Below, in pieces: positions 56,837 to 64,000 of a DNA stretch of 64,000 nucleotides. The stretch is from Coriobacteriia bacterium (GTDB lineage Bacteria > Actinomycetota > Coriobacteriia > WRKU01 > WQUG01), in the NCBI GenBank assembly GCA_009781115.1, contig WQYT01000001.1:13413-77412 (forward strand). The letters are read 5' to 3'. The notes beneath the pieces are model-generated. The model saw only the letters and a list, made by a program, of their open reading frames with translations. It searched no databases and was not told where the DNA came from. Numbering within the stretch: the stretch's first letter is position 1; each line of letters starts with the position of its first letter. The position numbers and the translations under genes are program-made.

Positions 56837-58559
56837 AACTTACGTACGCCTTCCTGTCGCAATCTGAGAAAACACGCGGTTTATTATCGTAGCATGCAGC
56901 AGTGCCTATTGCAACCGAGCAGATCTGACTACACGGTATCGACACGCCCGGTGGCGTTGGTTGTGCCCGGTGACTTGGTCGCGCTGGTCGCTTTGGTCGC
57001 TTCGATTGCTTTGACTGCCGCGATTGCTGCGATTGCTGCGACCGGATGATGAGAGGCGGACGGACCGGCTCTATAGTCAGGCCACGATCCTTACCGCCAT
57101 GACCGGGCGTGTCAGTAGTAGGTTTGCTGGGGCCGGGGGTATCTGTTGTTGGCCTGCTGGGCGGAGTAATTATCAGCCCACGATGAGACGGACTGCCGCC
57201 CGTGCCATCATCCTGCCCCCCAGGCGCAGGAGGCAGCGCAGGGGGATTTCCGGGAGACGATGATCCCGGCCCCGGTCCTGACCCCGATCCCGCGTTAGCC
57301 GCGCTTGCGGTGCGACGGCCCGCGGCGCCACCGCGGGCCGCCTGGCCACTCTGAGTCTTGTTCTGCGTAGACGTCTGGGACTGATCGTTTGCGGCGCTTT
57401 TCTGATCGTCGCTACTCTGACTCTGCGTCCCGGAGGAGCCAGACGAGCCCCCCTTGCCGCCGCCAGAGCCGCCGCCGCCCGTGTGGACGACTTTGGCCGC
57501 AGCCTGCTTCTGCGCAGCTGCGGTCGCAGCGCGATGGGCCAGCGTGACGCCCCCGGCTGCCACCCCGGCAACCAGCGCCACGCTGACAACACCGGCCACT
57601 GCCGCCTGGGCGGGATTGGCCGTGGCGCGCGCGATCAGTTTAGGTATCAGCTTGAGCGTCAAAGCGGGCAGGTGCGACGCGTTTGCCGCCGTGGCAGAAG
57701 CCGCCGACGCGCTGATGGCCGTCCCCGCAATTACCGGAGCTGTGGCAGAAGCCAACGCGGGCAGACCCACGGCGCGCACCACATTGCTCCAGATATCGGG
57801 GGCAACCGTCAGCAAAGAATGATGCTCCGGTATCAGGCGCGCGACGCTGGCGCTCAGCTCGCCAAAATTCGGCGACAATTCAAACTGCATAAGCTGGCGA
57901 GTGATAAACGGCACAATGAGCATCGCATCCATGCGCCCCAGGGCCGAGTTGACCTCAAATCCTGGCATGGTTGCGGCCAGGGATGGCTCGCCTTCTCCAA
58001 GCAGAACCAGCAAGTGCCGGCGCGCCTTGAAAAGCCGGGAGCGCGCCGCCGTATACGTGACCCCGAGAACACCCGCGATATCATCGACCGAAAGGCCCTC
58101 GACGTAATACAGCAAAATAACTTCTTTTTGCTTCTGGGAAAGCGACTGGATCGCCGCCCAGGTCTCCTCGTCTGCCTCGTGCGCCTCCAGGGCCTCATCC
58201 GGGGAAAAACTCTCGCTGCCGCCTAAAAGATCGGCCAGTATGTCCTGACCCAGCTCTGCGCTGATGTCATGCTCATGCTTGCGCGCCTGTAGCATTCCGC
58301 GGCAAGCGCTGGCGATGACCGCGTTCAGCCAGGTCTGGAAGTAGTCAGAATTCTTCAGCTCCTCAATATGTTTATAGACATGAATGAAAGCAGCCTGAGT
58401 GACCTTCTGCGCCTCCTCCCGATCATTAAGCAACACGAGCGCCCGGTAGTAGACAAGCGGCAGCAGCTCTGCGTAGAGTTGCTCGAAATTCTCCTCTTTA
58501 TCCGCGCGGACCTGGTCGACCAGAGCGATCAGGCGTTCTTTATTCAGCTGCTGTTTCAC
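56811..58559 (-). CDS. ECF-type sigma-70 factor fused to a C-terminal anti-sigma-like segment, TM helix and Gly/Ser/Pro/Gln-rich extracytoplasmic tail
   Basis: Region 2 ([17 protein letters not shown]...[14 protein letters not shown]...FQTWLNAVI) and region 4 ([44 protein letters not shown]) in the first ~190 aa. [20 protein letters not shown] near residue 340. GTG start; 3' end overlaps infA by 26 nt. Confidence 0.75.
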   Translation of the reverse strand: MKQQLNKERLIALVDQVRADKEENFEQLYAELLPLVYYRALVLLNDREEAQKVTQAAFIHVYKHIEELKNSDYFQTWLNAVIASACRGMLQARKHEHDISAELGQDILADLLGGSESFSPDEALEAHEADEETWAAIQSLSQKQKEVILLYYVEGLSVDDIAGVLGVTYTAARSRLFKARRHLLVLLGEGEPSLAATMPGFEVNSALGRMDAMLIVPFITRQLMQFELSPNFGELSASVARLIPEHHSLLTVAPDIWSNVVRAVGLPALASATAPVIAGTAISASAASATAANASHLPALTLKLIPKLIARATANPAQAAVAGVVSVALVAGVAAGGVTLAHRAATAAAQKQAAAKVVHTGGGGSGGGKGGSSGSSGTQSQSSDDQKSAANDQSQTSTQNKTQSGQAARGGAAGRRTASAANAGSGSGPGPGSSSPGNPPALPPAPGGQDDGTGGSPSHRGLIITPPSRPTTDTPGPSKPTTDTPGHGGKDRGLTIEPVRPPLIIRSQQSQQSRQSKQSKRPKRPARPSHRAQPTPPGVSIPCSQICSVAIGTAACYDNKPRVFSDCDRKAYVSFDRKRSSN

Positions 58560-58661
58560 GATAAATGATTCCTCTTCTTAAGCCACAATGTGAGCTATTC
58601 TTAAACATCAGTGTGAATCCACCCAGTTTTTATTATAATGGCTCCGGAGAGAAGGTGCACT

Positions 58662-59552
58662 ATGTTATTAATATCATGGAATGTTAATGGTATCCGGGCC
58701 GCGCTGAACAAGGGTTTCCTGGATTTTTTTGAGAGCGCCGACGCCGACGCATTCTGCTTAAATGAGACCAAAGCCCAGCCGGAACAGGTCGAGCTGGAGC
58801 TGCCCGGTTACCACCAATACTGGAACTCCGCCGAGCGCAAGGGCTACTCGGGGACGGCGATCTTTTCTAAGACCGAGCCGCTGTCTGTGGTGCGCGACTT
58901 TATCCCGACCCTGCGCGCAAGCCAGGTCAGACGCAGCGCGGTCACCGTCAGCGCGGACAGCAAGGACCCGCAGATCGCCGCCATCGGCACAGATAAGGCG
59001 GAGGCGCGCGCCCGTGGGTTTGGCGCAGATGAGCTGCGCGCGCTTGACACCGAGGGACGCATCACCGCGCTTGAGTACCCGGGGTTCTGGTTGGTGAGCG
59101 TCTATGTCCCGAACTCCCAGGACGACCTGGCGCGCATCGATCACCGCATGGCGTTTGAGGATGCGTTTCGCGCCTTCTGCAAGAAGCTTGACCGGAGCAA
59201 GCCGGTCGTGGTCTGCGGCGACATGAACGTCGCGCACGCCGAGATCGACCTGGCCCGGCCCCGGCCCAATCGCGGCGGCGCCGGGTTCTCCGATCAGGAG
59301 CGCGGCAAGTTTGACGAGCTCCTGGCGGCGGGGTTCGTGGACAGCTACCGGGCGCTGCACCCCACGCAGACTGACGCCTACACCTGGTGGTCGTTTCGCG
59401 CGAATGCCCGCGCCCGCAACGTCGGCTGGCGCATCGACTACTTCCTGGCGTCAGCACGGCTGATGCCCCAGGTCACTGGCGCGCTGATCTATCCGGAAGT
59501 AACGGGCTCGGATCACTGCCCCATCGGGCTGAGGCTGGCAGAACTCTCTTGA
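58662..59552 (+). CDS. xth: Exodeoxyribonuclease III (Xth/APE family)
   Basis: Start ATG 58662 (MLLISWNVNGIRA) with GGAGAGAAGG RBS; catalytic motifs ...LNETK..., ...GDMNVAH..., ...SDHCP. Confidence 0.85.
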   Translation: MLLISWNVNGIRAALNKGFLDFFESADADAFCLNETKAQPEQVELELPGYHQYWNSAERKGYSGTAIFSKTEPLSVVRDFIPTLRASQVRRSAVTVSADSKDPQIAAIGTDKAEARARGFGADELRALDTEGRITALEYPGFWLVSVYVPNSQDDLARIDHRMAFEDAFRAFCKKLDRSKPVVVCGDMNVAHAEIDLARPRPNRGGAGFSDQERGKFDELLAAGFVDSYRALHPTQTDAYTWWSFRANARARNVGWRIDYFLASARLMPQVTGALIYPEVTGSDHCPIGLRLAELS

Positions 59553-59809
59553 TTCTGATTGACCTGGCGCCCGGCGCGTGGTACCTGGCGCCTGTCGCTT
59601 GGCGCCTGTCACCTGTCGCCTGGTACCTGGTACCTGGCGTCTGTCGCTTGTCGCGTGGTGCCCAAACTTCATGTCACTGTCAACCACTAAGAAAAAAATA
59701 TCCAGAGAAACATCCTTAAACTGATATCATTAAACTGATATCATTAATAGTAAGGAGAAGCGTCGTGGCGCAGTACTGTCCACGGCGCGCCGATAGAGAA
59801 AGGATTATT

Positions 59810-60379
59810 ATGTATCCCGATGAGTTTGGCACCCCACCAGTCGAAGATTATAACGCAGCCGCACCCGCTCCGGAGGCTCCCGTACCGCCCGCGCCTGTGG
59901 CGCCACCGGTACCGCCTGCTCCGGAGTATGGCCCCGCGCCCGTACCTCCGGCGCCCCAGTATGCTCCGGCGCCAGAAGCCCCCGCGCCTCAGCCCTATGC
60001 GCCCGCACCACAGCCACAGCCGCAGTATGCGCCCGCCCCGTATGCCCCTGAAGGACAGAACGCGGGACCAGATGACGGAAAGGGCATGGGGATTGCCTCT
60101 CTGGTACTGGGCGCCGTTGGTTTTATTCTGAGCTTTGTTGGTATCGGCGCTATTGCCGGTATCATTGGGCTTATCCTCGGCATTTCTGCCAAAAAGAAAT
60201 CCGCCCAGTACAGCGTCACAAGCGGTTTGTCAATTGCAGGAATTGTCTTAAGCATCATAGCCATTTTCATTGGCCTTCTCATGCTTTTGATTGGGGGGTC
60301 ACTGGCCTCAATCTTTAACGGCTTAAACAGCAGTGGCTACTACAGCGCGATAGTCTCTCATCTGGCAAGCATCTGCTAG
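59810..60379 (+). CDS. DUF4190-like small membrane protein with Pro/Ala-rich N-terminus (paralog 1)
   Basis: Start MYPDEFG at 59810 with AAAGGA RBS; PAPxY repeats then two TM helices (GIASLVLGAVGFILSF..GIIGLILGI). Confidence 0.6.
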   Translation: MYPDEFGTPPVEDYNAAAPAPEAPVPPAPVAPPVPPAPEYGPAPVPPAPQYAPAPEAPAPQPYAPAPQPQPQYAPAPYAPEGQNAGPDDGKGMGIASLVLGAVGFILSFVGIGAIAGIIGLILGISAKKKSAQYSVTSGLSIAGIVLSIIAIFIGLLMLLIGGSLASIFNGLNSSGYYSAIVSHLASIC

Positions 60380-60397
60380 TCTTTGATTTGGTTTTTG

Positions 60398-60436
60398 AAA
60401 AGCGCCTGTTGTGAATTCAGCAGGCGCTTTTTTATT
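60398..60436 (+). terminator. Rho-independent terminator after paralog 1
   Basis: AAAGCGCCTG...CAGGCGCTTTTTTATT. Confidence 0.55.
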
Positions 60437-60542
60437 GTGGAACAGAGAGGGGTTCTCGGCACAACTGCTATCATAGGAGATACGCAAGCCAACACAAGGG
60501 CGGCAGAAACGTTGCCTGGCTTTAAATGAAGGAGAGATCATA

Positions 60543-61028
60543 ATGTATCCAGATGAAATCGGCTCCACCCCAACAGGAGCCTACGCCGCGCCAGCGCCTG
60601 CGCCTGCGCCAGCGGCAGCACCGTTTCCCGCTCCCGTAAGTCCCGAGCCTCAATACGCGCCTCCCCAGTACGGGTCTGTGCCATACGCGCCTCCCCAGTA
60701 CGGGCCAGTTAATACCGGGACCCCCGCTAATCCTTTGGGGGACGCACAGGGCTTCAGCCTCGCAGGCATGGTGCTGGGGATCATCTCGATCCCTCTGGGC
60801 TCAAGCCTCGTCTTTGGTATTCTGGGTCTGGTGTTCTCGATCATGGGCGAGAAGCGGACGCCAGCCGGGGCAGAAAACAACTATGCCAAAACGGGCAAGG
60901 TTTGCTCAATCATCGGCCTGTCACTGGGCATACTGATCTGGGTCCTCGTCATCGTGCTTTACATCGGCCTGTTTGCCGCGCTCTTCGCTAACATACGATC
61001 AACAGGAGGCTCAAGCAGCCTCTATTAA
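60543..61028 (+). CDS. DUF4190-like small membrane protein (paralog 2)
   Basis: MYPDEIGSTP...; same architecture as paralog 1; GGAGAG RBS. Confidence 0.6.
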   Translation: MYPDEIGSTPTGAYAAPAPAPAPAAAPFPAPVSPEPQYAPPQYGSVPYAPPQYGPVNTGTPANPLGDAQGFSLAGMVLGIISIPLGSSLVFGILGLVFSIMGEKRTPAGAENNYAKTGKVCSIIGLSLGILIWVLVIVLYIGLFAALFANIRSTGGSSSLY

Positions 61029-61053
61029 CTCCCCTGCCCCTCCAACAACAGTA

Positions 61054-61092
61054 AAACACCCGCAACTCAAACCAAGTTGCGGGTGTTTTCAA
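61054..61092. terminator. Bidirectional terminator between paralog 2 and map
   Basis: AAAACACCCGCAAC-tcaaaccaa-GTTGCGGGTGTTTT. Confidence 0.6.
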
Positions 61093-61131
61093 CCCTTGAT
61101 ATACTCCAAACAGAAAGAGGCACGCCGTAAC

Positions 61132-61923
61132 TTATATGTGGGCGGGCCACCGCTCCCCCTCATCCTCGCAGGTCAGTATCATCGGGCCGTCGGCGGTGAC
61201 AGCGATCGTGTGCTCGACCTGGGCCGCGCGGCTCCCATCGACGGTGACCACACACCAGCCGTCGTGGCGCACTTTGACGCGCTCGCCGCCCAGCATGAAC
61301 ATGGGCTCGATGGCAAACACCATGCCCACCTCAAGGCGCGCTCCCGTGCCTGGCGTGCCATAGTTGGGCACGCTGGGATCCTCGTGCATCACGTGACCGA
61401 CCCCGTGCCCGGTATACTCGCGCACGATGCCCAGGCCCGCCGCCTCGGCCACCGCGCCAACGGCTGCGGAGACATCGCCAAAATGGCCGCCCGGCACCGC
61501 GTGGGCAATGCCCGCGTAGAGCGCCTGACGGGTCACGTCAATCAGGCGCTGACCGTCTGCATCCAGCGCGCCGCCAATGCCGACCGAGTTCGCGTTATCC
61601 CCCACCCAGTCGTTACAGGTAGCGCCCACATCAATCGTGAGCAGGTCGCCCGCATAAAGCTTCATGCGGGGCGAGGGAATGCCATGAACGATCTCTTCGT
61701 TGATGCTCGCGCAAATGCAGCCCTTAAAGCCCCCGTAGCCCAGGAAGGTCGGCACGGCCCCTTCGCCGCGGATCGTCTCTTCTGCCAGCTCATCAAGCTC
61801 TTTGGTGGTGATGCCCGGGCGCGCGGCCTCGCAGGTCACGCGCAGCGCACGGGCGGCGATACGCCCGGCGTCTTTCATCTGCTCGACTTCCGCCGGCGTT
61901 TTGATTTGTATGCCCCTGCTCAT
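61132..61923 (-). CDS. map: Methionine aminopeptidase type I
   Basis: IKTPAEVEQMKDAGRIAA...; metal-ligand Asp/His/Glu pattern. Confidence 0.9.
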   Translation of the reverse strand: MSRGIQIKTPAEVEQMKDAGRIAARALRVTCEAARPGITTKELDELAEETIRGEGAVPTFLGYGGFKGCICASINEEIVHGIPSPRMKLYAGDLLTIDVGATCNDWVGDNANSVGIGGALDADGQRLIDVTRQALYAGIAHAVPGGHFGDVSAAVGAVAEAAGLGIVREYTGHGVGHVMHEDPSVPNYGTPGTGARLEVGMVFAIEPMFMLGGERVKVRHDGWCVVTVDGSRAAQVEHTIAVTADGPMILTCEDEGERWPAHI

Positions 61924-61928
61924 GGCGG

Positions 61929-62558
61929 TTAGTGCTCGCAGGCAGCCTTGACGTCAGCCCAGACCTCCGCGATGGGCCGGTCCCCGTCGACTTCAACCAA
62001 CACGTTTTTGCCCTGGTAATAGTTGATGAGCGGCGAGGTCTGCTGCGCATAGACAGACAGCCGGTTGCGGATCGTCGCCTCGTTATCATCGGCGCGCTGC
62101 TCAAGGACGCCGCCGCAGGACTTGCACGTGTCACCTTCACCTGCGGTCGTGATGCGCCCGCAGCCCGCGCAGGTCCGCCGCGCGCTCAGGCGCTTGACGA
62201 TGACCTCGGGGTCAATGTCGATAGAAAGCGCCACGTCGATCTTGCGCTCAGAGCCCGCCAGCGCCTCGTCCAGCGCGACCGCCTGCGCCGCAGTACGCGG
62301 AAAGCCATCCAGAATGAATCCCGGGGCCGTGTCTGGACGGGCCAGGCGCTCGTCCATCAGGTCGATCACCAACTGGTCAGGAACCAGCTCGCCCGCGTCC
62401 ATGTACTTTTTTGCCTCAAGCCCCAAGGGAGTACCCTCGCCAACAGCCGCACGGAAGATGTCGCCTGTCGAGATGTGAGGGATGCCATAGGCCTCAACCA
62501 ACTGCTTTGCCTGCGTGCCTTTACCCGCGCCCGGAGCCCCCAATAAAACGATATTCAT
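61929..62558 (-). CDS. adk: Adenylate kinase (with Zn-finger lid)
   Basis: Start at ATG 62558 (MNIVLLGAPGAGKGTQ) with AAAGGGA RBS; lid CAGCGR...CKSCGG. Confidence 0.9.
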   Translation of the reverse strand: MNIVLLGAPGAGKGTQAKQLVEAYGIPHISTGDIFRAAVGEGTPLGLEAKKYMDAGELVPDQLVIDLMDERLARPDTAPGFILDGFPRTAAQAVALDEALAGSERKIDVALSIDIDPEVIVKRLSARRTCAGCGRITTAGEGDTCKSCGGVLEQRADDNEATIRNRLSVYAQQTSPLINYYQGKNVLVEVDGDRPIAEVWADVKAACEH

Positions 62559-62618
62559 GTGATTCCCTTTCGTCACAATATGACCGCTCTTATGATAGCA
62601 CGGAGCCCCCTGCAATCT

Positions 62619-63989
62619 CTAACCTAACCGCCGCCGCCGAAGCGCACATACCCCCGCAGCACCCACACCCGCCATCAGCAACAGAACCGGCGCCAGAAAG
62701 CTGGCCGCATCCCCCGCATCAGGCAAACCCAACGGAGGCGCCGGAACTTTCACCCACACGCTACTCTCCCCATCAGTATAAGTCCTGTAGCCCGCCTTGG
62801 TAGCAGGAGTAACAAACGCTGATTTCTTACGTTTCTTCCCGCCCACCATGACATAGCTGGTTGCAGAGGTGACCGTTCCGTCGATAGTCACCTCCGCCCC
62901 ATTGTTAGCCGAAACAGCGGTATCAGTTTTTGAGATAACGTTACCTGCTACATACACCCGCGTAGGAGTACCCGTATTTTTAGTGCGCGCATGCCAGATG
63001 GGAGGTACGGTCGAAGCGATGACTGGTGTCCGTGCCGTATCAGTTGTGTTGTTGCCAGGAAGAATAGGCGCCGGGATTACGTCACTAACACCGGCGGGTC
63101 CCGTATAAACGTAGTTGTCTGCAAAAACCGCATTACCTGTAGCGGTAATCCTGCCGCCAACTTTTACCTGTGCGCCACTATCAGCATGTATACCCTGAGA
63201 CTGTCTGCCCTTTGCGGCGATATTACCTGAAACTGTTACCTTAGTCCCCTCGCCTGCTAAGACCCCACAACTATCCTTGCCTGACATAAAAATACTACCC
63301 GCCAGCGCAACACATGAGCTTTCATCCACAGAGATTGCATCCCAGGTTGCATGAATATCACCTTTCATCGTTATCTCTGCGTCCCCCCATGCATCGATAC
63401 CCGTACTGCAAGAAGCAATATCTCCCGTTAAGCTCATCTTAGTCGCACCCGAAACTTCTAACGCAGTATAAGCATTAATGCCACCTGCCACGGTAACAGT
63501 TGAACAGCTTTTGCTTTGCGGATCGGGAGGATACTGAGCCCAATCAGAGATTGCGGTATTCGATACTTTTATCTTGCCATGAATCGTAATGGTTGAACCG
63601 CCAGGGTAGATTGCATCACCCCAACCAATTGCAATAACCGAACCACCAATATCAACCGTGCAATTATCCAGGCTGAGGGCGCAAGACGACTCTCCCGAAA
63701 CTGACACGGTCTTCTTTATCGCAATCTCTGAATCGGATGCATCGACCGCAATAGCCTGTTCCCCTTTTGCGTTGACACATCCTCCCACATTGACCGTGGA
63801 ATGCCACGCAATGATACCTTCCGCGTACTCACCTGATGCCTCAATATTACCCTTAACACTAACAACTGCTTTGTGATAGGCGCCAATAGCAACACCGCTC
63901 ATTTCGGCAGCACGAGCATCCACCTTAGCGTGCGTCACCTTGCAGGAACCCCCACTAACACAGAGCGCGGCGGCGCCGGTAGATATCAC
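62619..63989 (-). CDS. Cell-surface repeat (beta-helix/adhesin-like) protein, C-terminal part with LPDAG-TM-RRRR sorting-signal-like tail; N-terminus lies beyond the window end
   Basis: Repetitive G/S/T-rich segments with periodic Cys; C-terminus PPLGLPDAGDAASFLAPVLLLMAGVGAAGVCALRRRRLG; ORF open to the window edge. Confidence 0.55.
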   Translation of the reverse strand: MISTGAAALCVSGGSCKVTHAKVDARAAEMSGVAIGAYHKAVVSVKGNIEASGEYAEGIIAWHSTVNVGGCVNAKGEQAIAVDASDSEIAIKKTVSVSGESSCALSLDNCTVDIGGSVIAIGWGDAIYPGGSTITIHGKIKVSNTAISDWAQYPPDPQSKSCSTVTVAGGINAYTALEVSGATKMSLTGDIASCSTGIDAWGDAEITMKGDIHATWDAISVDESSCVALAGSIFMSGKDSCGVLAGEGTKVTVSGNIAAKGRQSQGIHADSGAQVKVGGRITATGNAVFADNYVYTGPAGVSDVIPAPILPGNNTTDTARTPVIASTVPPIWHARTKNTGTPTRVYVAGNVISKTDTAVSANNGAEVTIDGTVTSATSYVMVGGKKRKKSAFVTPATKAGYRTYTDGESSVWVKVPAPPLGLPDAGDAASFLAPVLLLMAGVGAAGVCALRRRRLG

Positions 63990-64000
63990 CTGAAAGGTTC

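Overview
High-GC (~65%) Gram-positive (Actinomycetota-like; Coriobacteriia/Eggerthellaceae is a low-confidence guess) chromosomal window, almost entirely transcribed on the minus strand. The gene order below is given by window coordinate (left to right); these minus-strand genes are transcribed in the reverse direction. (1) coaX (partial), divergent OmpR-type two-component system, then a long minus-strand block bioY, dedA-birA, panC, panB, folP-folK, folE, ftsH, hpt, tilS. (2) An ~11.5 kb low-GC island (about 12.6-24.0 kb): LuxR-family polytopic membrane regulator, a 2409-aa Sec-signal RHS/YD-repeat polymorphic toxin whose post-DPxGL C-terminus is a peptidoglycan-binding domain plus a Cys/His domain, and three AT-rich downstream genes (lipoprotein, SurA_N-like, membrane protein) that are candidate immunity/accessory genes. 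REP-like repeats bound the island. (3) P-type ATPase, a 45-bp tandem repeat array, livKHMGF. (4) NlpC/P60 hydrolase, KimA-like transporter, and a glycopolymer locus (TagF-like, O-antigen-ligase-TagF fusion, GtrA, GT2). (5) M20 dipeptidase and an NYN/LabA gene flanked by inverted repeats. (6) gatC-gatA-gatB-pncB (window order pncB-gatB-PASTA-gatA-gatC) with a kinase-less PASTA protein inserted between gatA and gatB; L,D-transpeptidase. (7) Ribosomal/rpoA cluster rplQ-rpoA-rpsD-rpsK-rpsM-rpmJ-infA, interrupted between infA and map/adk by an ECF sigma factor with a fused membrane-spanning extension, xth and two paralogous DUF4190-like membrane genes. (8) A partial cell-surface protein at the window end. 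Non-coding signals: a dispersed 25-bp REP hairpin family; a 29-32 bp palindrome family (GTGACAAACACCCC-N-GGGGTGTTTGTCAC) upstream of bioY, panC and ldt and inside pncB; a perfect 66-bp palindrome at the panC/birA junction; in-frame micro-repeat tracts. No CRISPR, tRNA, rRNA, integrase or transposase was recognised.
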